Shown one piece after another: positions 19,086 through 28,713 of a stretch of 55,963 nucleotides of DNA. Positions within the stretch are counted from its first letter, which is position 1. Each line of letters begins with the position of its first letter. Made by a program: the position numbers and the translations under genes. The notes beneath the pieces are model-generated. The model worked only from the letters and a program-made list of their open reading frames with translations. It was not told where the DNA came from and did no database searches. This stretch comes from Patescibacteria group bacterium (GTDB lineage Bacteria; Patescibacteriota; Microgenomatia; UBA1406; GWC2-37-13), in the NCBI GenBank assembly GCA_026416375.1, contig JAOAFI010000019.1:1-55963 (forward strand), in the 5' to 3' direction.

Positions 19086-19648
19086 AAATAATAACCTTCA
19101 ATTATTAAAGAAATTTTTAATTTTGATGAATCAGTAGAATTTTTTTCAACATTGACATTTAAATTTTTTATCATCTTTAATCTTCTTTGATTAATAATAT
19201 CATTAATAAATTTTAAAAAATCATCAAAATAAGCTTTACCTTCTAAAATAATATTAATATTGTCTATATTTTTTTTACTTTTAGACAAATTTATATCTGC
19301 TATGCTAGCTTTAGTAATAAAAAAATTATTTTTATCAGCTATTTTTTTTATATCATTAACCATTTGATTAACTTGAGGAGTTTTTGAAATTGCTTCATCA
19401 ACAAAAATTAATTTGTCTCTATTTTCTTCTAAAATATTTTGAATTAAATAAATATTTGTTATTTTTTCTTCATATAAATTATCTATTTCTTTTAATTCTT
19501 TTCTTTCTTTTATTAAAGAAAAAACATTTTTTAATGCTGGATAAATTCCAAAAAATAAAAAAATAGAAAAAAATATAAAAAACAATATAATATATGTATA
19601 ATCAGTTATGTTTTTTTTAAATATATTTTTAATATTATTTTTTTCCAT
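19082..19648 (-). CDS. PilO-like type IV pilus alignment protein
   Basis: N-terminal TM with YP, coiled coil, then a ferredoxin-like G.AYFDDFLKFI..I....RL..I segment. Follows a PilN-like gene. Confidence 0.65.
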   Translation of the reverse strand: MEKNNIKNIFKKNITDYTYIILFFIFFSIFLFFGIYPALKNVFSLIKERKELKEIDNLYEEKITNIYLIQNILEENRDKLIFVDEAISKTPQVNQMVNDIKKIADKNNFFITKASIADINLSKSKKNIDNINIILEGKAYFDDFLKFINDIINQRRLKMIKNLNVNVEKNSTDSSKLKISLIIEGYYL

Positions 19649-19650
19649 TA

Positions 19651-20178
19651 CTATATTAAATAATCTTTTAAATAAATCAAAAAAATATAATTATCTTCTA
19701 ATTTTTTTAATGTTTTTATCTCAATAATTTTAAATTTTTTATCTTTTTTTAATGAACTTAAAAAATTATCAATTTCTTTTGAACTTTTAGAATAACCAAT
19801 AATTTTAAAATTATTATTATTGTCAATTTCTATTTCAGTTAATTTAATAGAATAAGGAAAAGAAAATAAAACATAATCAAAAGAAGATTTAAATTTATTT
19901 TGTTGATTTAAAATATTAGATATTTCATCAATTTTTATTTTTATTCTTTTAGATTCATTAATTAAAGGCAAAACAATGTTAATAATTTCTTTTTTTTGAC
20001 TTACAGAATCTCTTAAATCAATTATTTCTTGATCAATTTGAAATCTATAAAAAAAAACTAAAATAATAACAAGTTGAGTTATTACTAAAATATAGCGTAA
20101 ATAATTTAAAACAAAATAATTTATCTTTTCTAAAAAATTTTTTTCTTTTTCCGATAATAAATTTATTTTATAATTCAT
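19651..20178 (-). CDS. PilN-like protein
   Basis: KINLL N-terminal motif, TM, coiled coil and P..IKL..I...I.G.S....I..F...L...KF. Confidence 0.7.
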   Translation of the reverse strand: MNYKINLLSEKEKNFLEKINYFVLNYLRYILVITQLVIILVFFYRFQIDQEIIDLRDSVSQKKEIINIVLPLINESKRIKIKIDEISNILNQQNKFKSSFDYVLFSFPYSIKLTEIEIDNNNNFKIIGYSKSSKEIDNFLSSLKKDKKFKIIEIKTLKKLEDNYIFLIYLKDYLI

Positions 20179-20426
20179 TTATTTTTAATTTTAACTTTTG
20201 ATTTTAATCTATTGCCTTTATTTTTATGAATTATTTTGTTTTTTACTGCTTTATCAACTAAAGAATAATATTTTTTTATTAAATCAAAAAAATTATTATT
20301 TTTTTTATCTTTACTTTTTTTTATTTGATAAAAAACTTTTTTATATTCATTAATATATTTTAAATTTTTTTTTGTCCTTTTTTTGTCTTTTCTTAATTTT
20401 TTTATTGCTGATTTAATTATAGGCAT
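20175..20426 (-). CDS. rpsT: 30S ribosomal protein S20
   Basis: MPIIKSAIKKLR...VDKAVK.KIIHKNK..R.KS. Confidence 0.93.
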   Translation of the reverse strand: MPIIKSAIKKLRKDKKRTKKNLKYINEYKKVFYQIKKSKDKKNNNFFDLIKKYYSLVDKAVKNKIIHKNKGNRLKSKVKIKNK

Positions 20427-20433
20427 ATTTAAA

Positions 20434-20440
20434 CACCTCT
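20434..20440 (-). promoter_or_regulatory. Shine-Dalgarno-like site of rpsT
   Basis: AGAGGTG lies 7 nt upstream of the ATG at 20426. Confidence 0.7.
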
Positions 20441-20465
20441 CTTTCTATAAAATATTTAAATCAAT

Positions 20466-20969
20466 TTATAATTTATATTCTTTTTCAAAAATTTTTTGAC
20501 CATAATTTCCATAAAATTTAATTACAAGTTTTAAATTTCCAACAAGATCATGATATCTACATGTTCCAGAAGAACATGTTCCTAAAATAATTTTTCTTTT
20601 TCCAAATTTATCATCCTCCCCACAATACCAAATTTTATTTATAAAATAACATTTTCCAATAACTCCTTGTTCAATAAATTCTTGATCATTTTCCCAATTA
20701 TCTTTATTAATTGTTTTATAAAGCAATTCAAATTCTATTAGATTTGTATTTTTAGGTTCATTTGTAATTGTAAGATTTAATTCTCCTTTTTTAATTAATT
20801 TTAAATTTATATTAACAGATGAATCAACTGTAGGAATTAATTCTAAAGTTGGTTTAACAAAAAAATTATTTTTATTCTTATTTTTATTTTTTATAAATAA
20901 ATTAAAAAAAATAATAAAAAAAAATATAAATATAATTAAAAATATTGTTATTTTTTTATAATTTTTCAT
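20466..20969 (-). CDS. Hypothetical membrane-anchored protein (LGTCSSGTCRY motif)
   Basis: 167 aa with N-terminal TM and four Cys in the C-terminal half; fits the operon spacing. Confidence 0.7.
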   Translation of the reverse strand: MKNYKKITIFLIIFIFFFIIFFNLFIKNKNKNKNNFFVKPTLELIPTVDSSVNINLKLIKKGELNLTITNEPKNTNLIEFELLYKTINKDNWENDQEFIEQGVIGKCYFINKIWYCGEDDKFGKRKIILGTCSSGTCRYHDLVGNLKLVIKFYGNYGQKIFEKEYKL

Positions 20970-20981
20970 ATTTACAATTTT

Positions 20982-22340
20982 TTAATTATTAAATTTATCT
21001 TTAAAATAATCAAAGATTGATTTAATAGCTATTCTATCTTGTTTCATTGTGTCTCTTTCTCTTATAGTAACAGTATTATCTTCTAAGGTTTTATAATCAA
21101 TAGTTATACAATATGGCGTTCCTATTTCATCTTGTCGACGATACATTTTGCCTATATTTCCAGAATCATCAAATTCACAAAAAAAATTATTTTTTAATTG
21201 TTGATATAAATTAAAAGCAATATCTTTTAATTTTAAATCTTTTTGTAAAGGAAAAACAGCTATTTTTACAGGAGATAAAAATGGTTTTAATTTTAAAAAA
21301 ACTCTTTTTTTTCCATTTATATTTTCTTCTTTATAACTATCGATTAATAAAGTAATTAATAATCTAGATAAACCAAAAGTAGGCTCAATAACATGAGGAA
21401 TAAATTTTTTTCCAGTTTTTTTATCTAAATACATTAAATTAACTCCAGAATTTTTCATGTGATTTGACAAATCATAATCACCTCTATAAGCTAATCCCCA
21501 CATCTCTTTCCATCCAAAAGGAAAATTATATTCAATATCCATTGTTTTTTTTGAATAATGAGATCTTTCAAATTCTTCATGTTCACGCCAACGAATTTTA
21601 TTTTTATTTAATCCTATTTCTAATGCCATATTCCACATTTTTTCTTGCCAATAATCATAATATTTTTCCCATTCTTTAGGATTAACAAAATATTCAAACT
21701 CCATCAAATCAAATTGCAATGTTCTAAAAACTCCTTGTCCTAAAGTAATTTCATTTCTAAAAACAATTCCACTTGAAGCTATTCCAAAAGGAATTTTGGT
21801 TTTCATTGTGTCAATTATTTGCTTAAAATTCATAAAAATACCTTGTGCTAATTCTCCTCTTAAATAAACTTTAGATTTTGTTTCTTCAACTATCCCAATA
21901 CTTGTTTCAAAAAGCAAATTAAATTTTCTAACATCAGTTAAATCAGAAGAAGAACATTTTGGACATTTTAAATTATTTTCTTTTACTATTTTATTTAATT
22001 CGTTAATAGACAAACCTTCAACTTTTTTATTTAAATTATCTTCAATTAAATGATCAGCTCTAGTTCTATATTTACATTTTTTACAATCTATTAAAGCATC
22101 ATTAAATCCTGAAACATGACCAGAAGCATGCCAAACTTTAGGATTTAAAATAACAGAACTATCAATAAAAAAAATGTCATCTCTTTCTTGAATTATTTTT
22201 TTTATCCACCATTTGCGAATATTTTCTTTTAAAAGATTGCCATAATGACCAAAATCCCAAGTATTAGCCAAACCACCATATATTTCAGATGATGGATAAA
22301 AAAAACCTCTTCTTTTTGCTAAAGAAATTATACTATCCAT
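20982..22340 (-). CDS. glyQS: Glycine--tRNA ligase, alpha2 (homodimeric) type
   Basis: AKRRGF...EIYGG, W.ASGH, FNLLF.T, FRNEIT, R.HYS, VIEP.FG and IGKMYRRQDEIGTP. Confidence 0.96.
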   Translation of the reverse strand: MDSIISLAKRRGFFYPSSEIYGGLANTWDFGHYGNLLKENIRKWWIKKIIQERDDIFFIDSSVILNPKVWHASGHVSGFNDALIDCKKCKYRTRADHLIEDNLNKKVEGLSINELNKIVKENNLKCPKCSSSDLTDVRKFNLLFETSIGIVEETKSKVYLRGELAQGIFMNFKQIIDTMKTKIPFGIASSGIVFRNEITLGQGVFRTLQFDLMEFEYFVNPKEWEKYYDYWQEKMWNMALEIGLNKNKIRWREHEEFERSHYSKKTMDIEYNFPFGWKEMWGLAYRGDYDLSNHMKNSGVNLMYLDKKTGKKFIPHVIEPTFGLSRLLITLLIDSYKEENINGKKRVFLKLKPFLSPVKIAVFPLQKDLKLKDIAFNLYQQLKNNFFCEFDDSGNIGKMYRRQDEIGTPYCITIDYKTLEDNTVTIRERDTMKQDRIAIKSIFDYFKDKFNN

Positions 22341-22348
22341 ATTAATTA

Positions 22349-22882
22349 TTATATAATAATTAAAGGTATTTTTTCATTAGTTAATTCAAAAAAAATTCTA
22401 TCAATTTCATTTTTACTAACTTTTTTTTTAATATATCCTAATAAAATCAAAATTTTATTTGTATATTTATATATTAATTCATTATCTATATTTTTTTGTT
22501 TATTCAAATTTATAAAAAACAATTTTGTAAAATTATAAACATTTTTTTCTTCTTTATTTTCAGGCAAAATTTTATCTAAAATATAAAAAAATTGATATAT
22601 GATTTTAACTTTATCTTTATTTTGTTTAATTTTATAAAAACCGCTTAATAAATTAATCTCTTTTAAATAATAAAAATTATTTCTTACATTTAAAACAATA
22701 TCAACTAAGTTTCCTGTTTCTAAATAAGAAGATCTTTTGCTATTAATTTTTCTTACTCCTTTAGCTAAAACAACAATTTTCCCTCTTTCTTGACTAAAAA
22801 GAAAAATTAATAAATCTTTATTAAGAAGAATCTTTTTTTTTAAAACAAAAGCTTCAGTCTTTATTTTGTCAAAAAAAACCAT
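22349..22882 (-). CDS. recO: DNA repair protein RecO
   Basis: KTEAFVLK...D....FS.ERGKI..LAKGVRKI.SKR N-terminal OB fold; adjacent to glyQS. Confidence 0.85.
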   Translation of the reverse strand: MVFFDKIKTEAFVLKKKILLNKDLLIFLFSQERGKIVVLAKGVRKINSKRSSYLETGNLVDIVLNVRNNFYYLKEINLLSGFYKIKQNKDKVKIIYQFFYILDKILPENKEEKNVYNFTKLFFINLNKQKNIDNELIYKYTNKILILLGYIKKKVSKNEIDRIFFELTNEKIPLIII

Positions 22883-22888
22883 ATTCTT

Positions 22889-24706
22889 TTATTTTAAATC
22901 AATCACTTGATCGCTATTAAGATTTGAGTCAAAAATATTTCTATTATTTAATAAAATTTTCCAGTTTTGATCAATAATTCCAGGTTGTTTTTGAATCATT
23001 ATTGATTTGTTTGATATATTATTCGGAATATCGTAAGAAACATTAATCAATGCTTTTCCTTGGGTTGGAACTTCTAAATAACCTTCAAAAACAGTTTTTT
23101 CTAAATCTTCATAAATTTGAATTTTTTTTAAAGATCCTTTAAAACTTTTTAAAACTGATCCTTTTGGAACATAAATTCTTATCCAATTTCTAAGAGTCGC
23201 ATTAAGACAAAGACCGCCTCTTTCTAAATTACAATCTGAATGTGGATATGGATTTTTAAAATCAATTTTTAATTCTCTTGATCTTCCATTAATTTTTAGC
23301 TCAATATTTTCTCTAACAAACATATTAGATTTAGCTCCAGCAAAATTTACATTATTAATATGAATATAATCATCGTCAAACTCTTTTATTCTTCCGGCAA
23401 AATTTACCTGTTCAATTGATTTTTGAATATTATTATCAACAAAATAAATCAAAACGTGTTTTTTTTGAAGATTATCAAACATTGTCGAAAATAACAAACC
23501 CCAATATTTTGATGGAGATGATCTTAAAGCAGTTTGAAAAAGAGTATACATTAAATTTCCTAAAATTCCTTTTCTGTTTTCTTTTATATATCCTACAGGT
23601 CTATCAACAATATCAAATAAAGTATATATTGCCTGAGGACAATCACACCTATAATCTATTTTTGCTGAAAAATTAATTCCATCAACATAAATATCACCAA
23701 ATATTTTTAACATATCAATTAAAATCTTTGAATCCATAGCAATAATTCCATCATATTTAATTTTTTGATTGCTCTTATCATATAAAGATTCAAATAATTT
23801 GATGGATTGATAAAAATCAGGAGATAAATTACTATCGCGAATATAAAACAAAGATACATTTTTATGATAACTTAATATTTCTCTTGGAGCCTTTGGGTGA
23901 TTTTGAATTGATGAATCAAGAGAATAAATATCATCTGATTTAACTATCGTCATCTTACCGTTTTTTATTTTAAAAATTGCATAAAAAGTTAGAAAACCAC
24001 CAGTCGCTCTTCTTTCTTTATCATTTTGATAAAGAATTAAATATGTTTTTTCCTTTTTACTTCCAAAAATTTCTGGTAAATTTTTTATTAAAGGCTTAGC
24101 ATCAACAAAAAGAGAAGATATTCCATCAAAAGTTTTTTGAATATTTATTATATTCTTTCTTAAATAATATTTTCCTATTTTTTTTGGATATCTATTTGGA
24201 TTTATTTCTAATATTTTTTTATGAGATTTATCAATATTTAAAGCTATAGGATCTATTTTTTCTGTTATTTTATCAAGAGTCAATATAGCTGTTTCAAGTC
24301 TTTCTTCAGCTGTTTTTTCAACAAAAGAAGATTCTCCTTTTTTAAATCCAATTAAATCAGCATAAGGCTCAATAGTATTTATAATTTCTAAAGCTGCTTT
24401 TATTAAATAATCACCAGCTTCAATTCCATTTTTAAAATCTAAAACATAAGGAATAAAAGAAAGCCAATAAATTGATTTTGCTTCTTTTTTAAAATCATCA
24501 TAATGATAAGAAAATTTTTTTAATTTTGTTTTTAGTAAAGTAATATCATTTTTTGAAAAATCTGATTTTAATTCTTTAGCATTTTTAATTATTATTTCAG
24601 CCTTATTTTTAATATTTTTAAAAGGCTGATAAATAAAAAAATAAAATAAAAACAATAAAAAAACTGTAAAAGTCAATAAAAATATATTTTTGCTTTTTAT
24701 TTTCAT
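22889..24706 (-). CDS. DUF4012 domain-containing membrane-anchored protein
   Basis: TYLILYQN..E.RATGGF, RDSNLSPDF, DGIIA.D, N.AGAKSN, RIYVPKGS and IQKQPG. Confidence 0.8.
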   Translation of the reverse strand: MKIKSKNIFLLTFTVFLLFLFYFFIYQPFKNIKNKAEIIIKNAKELKSDFSKNDITLLKTKLKKFSYHYDDFKKEAKSIYWLSFIPYVLDFKNGIEAGDYLIKAALEIINTIEPYADLIGFKKGESSFVEKTAEERLETAILTLDKITEKIDPIALNIDKSHKKILEINPNRYPKKIGKYYLRKNIINIQKTFDGISSLFVDAKPLIKNLPEIFGSKKEKTYLILYQNDKERRATGGFLTFYAIFKIKNGKMTIVKSDDIYSLDSSIQNHPKAPREILSYHKNVSLFYIRDSNLSPDFYQSIKLFESLYDKSNQKIKYDGIIAMDSKILIDMLKIFGDIYVDGINFSAKIDYRCDCPQAIYTLFDIVDRPVGYIKENRKGILGNLMYTLFQTALRSSPSKYWGLLFSTMFDNLQKKHVLIYFVDNNIQKSIEQVNFAGRIKEFDDDYIHINNVNFAGAKSNMFVRENIELKINGRSRELKIDFKNPYPHSDCNLERGGLCLNATLRNWIRIYVPKGSVLKSFKGSLKKIQIYEDLEKTVFEGYLEVPTQGKALINVSYDIPNNISNKSIMIQKQPGIIDQNWKILLNNRNIFDSNLNSDQVIDLK

Positions 24707-24726
24707 ATATTAATTATAATTTTTAA

Positions 24727-25398
24727 TTAAATTGCTCCTTTACCATTAATCATAATAAGCGGTGTTTTTAATATAATTTTTAAATCGTTCCATAAAGAAA
24801 TATTATCTACATAATTAGCATCAATCTCAATTCTTTTATCAAAATTAACTTCAGATCGTCCAGAAACCTGCCAAAGACCAGTAATTCCTGGTTTAACCGA
24901 TAAAACTTTTTTAACTAATTTTTTAGTTTTTGGATATTTTTTAAGTTGATGATCTAACTCATCAGGATAATAAGCCCTAGGACCAACTATACTCATTTCC
25001 CCTCTTAAAACATTAAAAAATTGAGGAATTTCATCAATTGAATGTCTTCTTAAAAACTTTCCTATTTTAGTTATTCTTGGATCTTCTTTTAATTTATAAC
25101 TGCTTCTTTTATATTCTTCAAATAATTTTTTAAATTTAGGATCTTTTCTTAGTAAATAATGAGCGTTAGTTATCATTGATCTAAATTTATACATTTTAAA
25201 TTTTTTTCCATTTTCTCCTATTCTTTCAGGAACATCTGCTAATATAGGACCTGATGAATCTATTTTTATTAAAATTGCAGTTATCAAAGATATAGGGAAA
25301 AAAAATATTATAAAAAATAAGCTTAAAAAAATATCTAAAAATCTTTTTAATGTTTTTTGATAATTTTCTCCTTTTAAGTATTTTTGTATTTCAAACAT
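24727..25398 (-). CDS. Polyprenyl-phosphate sugar phosphotransferase (bacterial sugar transferase)
   Basis: KRFLDI, F..YKFRSM, DPRIT.IG.FLR..SIDE.PQ..NVL.GEMS.VGPR and KPGITGLWQVSGRS. Confidence 0.95.
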   Translation of the reverse strand: MFEIQKYLKGENYQKTLKRFLDIFLSLFFIIFFFPISLITAILIKIDSSGPILADVPERIGENGKKFKMYKFRSMITNAHYLLRKDPKFKKLFEEYKRSSYKLKEDPRITKIGKFLRRHSIDEIPQFFNVLRGEMSIVGPRAYYPDELDHQLKKYPKTKKLVKKVLSVKPGITGLWQVSGRSEVNFDKRIEIDANYVDNISLWNDLKIILKTPLIMINGKGAI

Positions 25399-26476
25399 GT
25401 TTTTCTATTTCTGTACCAGAAAAATTTTCAACTATTTCTTTTACTTTTGACATAGAACTTTTTTTTGCTATTAAAATTACATCACTTGTATTTACTACAA
25501 TATTTTCATCAAGATCAATACAAACAATTAATTTATCACTTTGATAATTATAAATTAAACTATCTTTTACATCTTTAACAAAAACTTTTCCTCTTATAAT
25601 ATTTTCATAATCATGTTTTTGAAGAGCTTCTTTTAAAGCTTCCCAACTTCCAACATCACTCCAACCTATATCTTCAACAACAACTAAAGCACTTTTCTTA
25701 TTTAATTTTTCTAAAATCGCATTATCAAAACTTATGCTTTTTAAATTTTTATATATTTTTATTAAATTATCTTTATATTTTTTAGTTCCATGAAAACTTA
25801 TTATTTTTTTAATTTTATTAAATATTTCAGGAGAAAATTTTTCAAAAGATTTCATTATAAAATTAGGAGTAGTAATAAAATATCCTAAATTCCAACAATA
25901 ACAACCATCAACAAAAAATTTTTTTGCGGTTTTTTCATCTGGTTTATATTTAAAAGATTTAAATTCATAAAAATTTATATCATCTGATTTATCTATTTTT
26001 TTTCCAAATTTAATATAACCCAAATTAACACTTGGAAATCTTGGTTTATGACCAATAAATATAATTTTTTCTTTATTTTTATTTATATAAAAAGATGATT
26101 TAATAATTATTTTTTTAAATAAATAAACATTTTTAACTAAATGATCACTCCATAAAATAACAACTGGCTCATTTGGAAATTTTTTTTCTAATATTCCTAA
26201 AGACAGAGCAACAGCAGGTCCAACATCTTTTTTTTCTGGTTCAAAAATCAAATTTTCTTGAGGAATTTTAGGAAGTTGTTTTTTAATAATATCTTCATAT
26301 ATATAATTTGTCGATATATATATATCTTCATATTTAAATTCAGGAATTAATCTTTCAACAGCTAACTGCAAAGTTGATTTTTCATCAATAATTTTTTCAA
26401 ATTGTTTTGGAGATTTTTTTCTTGATAAAGGCCAAAGCCTTGTACCTGAACCTCCAGCAAAAATAATTGCTTTCAT
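25391..26476 (-). CDS. manC: Mannose-1-phosphate guanylyltransferase family protein
   Basis: AGGSGTRLWPLSR...PKQF, SDH, GYI, SISFD.A.LEK and WSDVGSW. Confidence 0.85.
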   Translation of the reverse strand: MKAIIFAGGSGTRLWPLSRKKSPKQFEKIIDEKSTLQLAVERLIPEFKYEDIYISTNYIYEDIIKKQLPKIPQENLIFEPEKKDVGPAVALSLGILEKKFPNEPVVILWSDHLVKNVYLFKKIIIKSSFYINKNKEKIIFIGHKPRFPSVNLGYIKFGKKIDKSDDINFYEFKSFKYKPDEKTAKKFFVDGCYCWNLGYFITTPNFIMKSFEKFSPEIFNKIKKIISFHGTKKYKDNLIKIYKNLKSISFDNAILEKLNKKSALVVVEDIGWSDVGSWEALKEALQKHDYENIIRGKVFVKDVKDSLIYNYQSDKLIVCIDLDENIVVNTSDVILIAKKSSMSKVKEIVENFSGTEIEKHV

Positions 26477-27606
26477 ATTTTATTTAAAAAATTTTTAATA
26501 AATTTTTGTTTAGAAAATTTTATAAAAAAATTTGATTTATTCAAAAATAATAAATTATTTTTAACATTGTACTTTATTTTTTCAAACCTTTCAATTGCTT
26601 CAATTAAACTTTCTTCTTCTTGTCTTTCAAAAAAAATACCTGTTTTATAATTAATTACTGTTTCTCTAGCACCTCCTTTTCTATAAGCAATTACAGGACA
26701 ATTAAAAAATTGAGCTTCTAAAGAAACATATCCAAAATCTTCTTCTTGAGGCATAATTAAAGCTTCCGCTTTAGAATATAAAAATGCTAATTCAAAATCA
26801 TTTAATTTTGATAAAAAAAATATTGTTTTTTTAGAAATTTTTTTTAATTTTTTTTCTTCATTTCCTTCACCAACTATTATTAATTTTTTTTTCAATTTGT
26901 TAAATGCTTTAATTGCTAAATCAATTTTTTTATATGATTCTAATCTAGAAACAATTAGATAAAATTTATAATTAATATTTTTAAATTTTAAGATTGACTT
27001 ATAATTATTTTTTAATAATATTTTTATTTTTTTCCAATAATCAATGTCAAATGGTGGATAGATAATCATGCTTTTTCTTTTATAATATTTTTCACATCTT
27101 TCTTTTGATGTTTTTGAAATACAAATAATTTTATCAGGTCTTTGAGAAGCAACAATATCCCATTTTTTTAAATAATTAATATATTTTTTTAAAAAAAATA
27201 AATTTTTAATTTTTAATATATAATCTTTTTCATGAGTCCATAAGAATCTTGTTGGTGTTAATAAATAACAAATGTGTTTAGTTTTTGGTTTTGTAATAAT
27301 TCCCTTAGAAAAAGATGAGGTTATTGAAATTACTAAATCAAATTCATCTAAATTTAAATTTTCAAAAGCAAAAGAATAAAAAGGAACAGATAAAACTCTA
27401 TTTGTTTTAATAAATTTAGGAATTTTTTGAATAAAAGAAGTTTTTATTTTAAATTTTTTTGCCCAAAAAGCTTTATTTTTATCATAATAAGAAGTATAAA
27501 AAATCGCTTGCGGAAATATCTCTGCCAAAGTTAAAAGAACTCTTTCTACACCTCCCCATTTATCAAACCAATCATAAACAATAGCAATTTTTTTATTTTC
27601 TATCAT
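26473..27606 (-). CDS. Glycosyltransferase family 4
   Basis: AIVYDW....GG.ERV, VSRL..YK.IDLAI and EEDFG...LEAQ...PVIA. Confidence 0.9.
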   Translation of the reverse strand: MIENKKIAIVYDWFDKWGGVERVLLTLAEIFPQAIFYTSYYDKNKAFWAKKFKIKTSFIQKIPKFIKTNRVLSVPFYSFAFENLNLDEFDLVISITSSFSKGIITKPKTKHICYLLTPTRFLWTHEKDYILKIKNLFFLKKYINYLKKWDIVASQRPDKIICISKTSKERCEKYYKRKSMIIYPPFDIDYWKKIKILLKNNYKSILKFKNINYKFYLIVSRLESYKKIDLAIKAFNKLKKKLIIVGEGNEEKKLKKISKKTIFFLSKLNDFELAFLYSKAEALIMPQEEDFGYVSLEAQFFNCPVIAYRKGGARETVINYKTGIFFERQEEESLIEAIERFEKIKYNVKNNLLFLNKSNFFIKFSKQKFIKNFLNKI

Positions 27607-27615
27607 GTAAATAAA

Positions 27616-28713
27616 TTAATCTAAATTTTTTAAATATAAATTCATTGTTTCTTTAGTCATTTTCTCAAAAGAAAGTTTTTTTAATATTTTTGAATAATCA
27701 AATTTTGGTTTTTTTTCAATAAAAAATTCAATTTTGTTTTTGATATCATTAATATCTTCTGGATTAAAAAATAGATAATTATTCCCCCATATTTCTTTAA
27801 AAACATCAATGTTTGAAGCAATTATAGATTTTTTAAAATAAGCAGCCTCAACTAAAGTTAAACCAAATCCTTCAGATAAAGAAGGATGGATTAATGCTAA
27901 ACAATTTTTATAAAACCAATTAATTTTATCACGACTTAAATTTTTAATTAAAATAATATTTTTATTTGATAAATTACTAATCAATTTTTCAATTCTTTTA
28001 GAAAAATAATCATCTGGACCAATTAAAATTAACTGATAATTTTGTTTAATTTTTTGAAAAGCATAAATTAATTTCTCAATATTTTTATGAGGATAAAAAT
28101 TACCAATATATAAAAAAAACTTTTTAAATTTTTTTGAAAAATTATAATTATGAAATTTTTTTTTCAAAAACTCAAAATCTAAACCCTCATATATTACTTT
28201 AATTTTATTTTCAATTTTTAAAAAATAAAAATATTTAATTAATTGTTTTTTTACAGTATTAGTTGGAGTAATTATTTGTTTTGCTTTTAAAACAGAAACA
28301 AAAAATAAAATTTTAAAAATAAAATATTTTAAATAATAAATTAATGAATTTTTAGTTGAAGCTTTACCTGTTTTAAAATAAATTGGAGTTAAATCATGAA
28401 CTGTTAAAATATATTTTTTAAAATAAAAAATTGGAAAAGTAAAATAAGTAAAATGAATTAAATCTAAATTATCCTTCAAAAGATTAATCAAAAATAAAAT
28501 TTGCTCTGAAAAAGTATGCCAACGAAAATCAGCAATTTTTTTAATAATATTTTTATTTTTAAAATTAATCTTATTAAAATCTTTTTTTAAAAAATAAATA
28601 TAAAAAATATTATTATTTAAATTATTTCTGTCTAAATAAAAAAGAAGATTTTTTAAATAAATTCCAACTCCTGTCTGACTATAAAGTCTAGCATCAATTC
28701 CTATTTTTTTCAT
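27616..28713 (-). CDS. Glycosyltransferase family 4
   Basis: IGIDAR...TGVG.Y, TVHDL, YIG....HKN and PS.SEGFGL..VEA. Confidence 0.9.
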   Translation of the reverse strand: MKKIGIDARLYSQTGVGIYLKNLLFYLDRNNLNNNIFYIYFLKKDFNKINFKNKNIIKKIADFRWHTFSEQILFLINLLKDNLDLIHFTYFTFPIFYFKKYILTVHDLTPIYFKTGKASTKNSLIYYLKYFIFKILFFVSVLKAKQIITPTNTVKKQLIKYFYFLKIENKIKVIYEGLDFEFLKKKFHNYNFSKKFKKFFLYIGNFYPHKNIEKLIYAFQKIKQNYQLILIGPDDYFSKRIEKLISNLSNKNIILIKNLSRDKINWFYKNCLALIHPSLSEGFGLTLVEAAYFKKSIIASNIDVFKEIWGNNYLFFNPEDINDIKNKIEFFIEKKPKFDYSKILKKLSFEKMTKETMNLYLKNLD

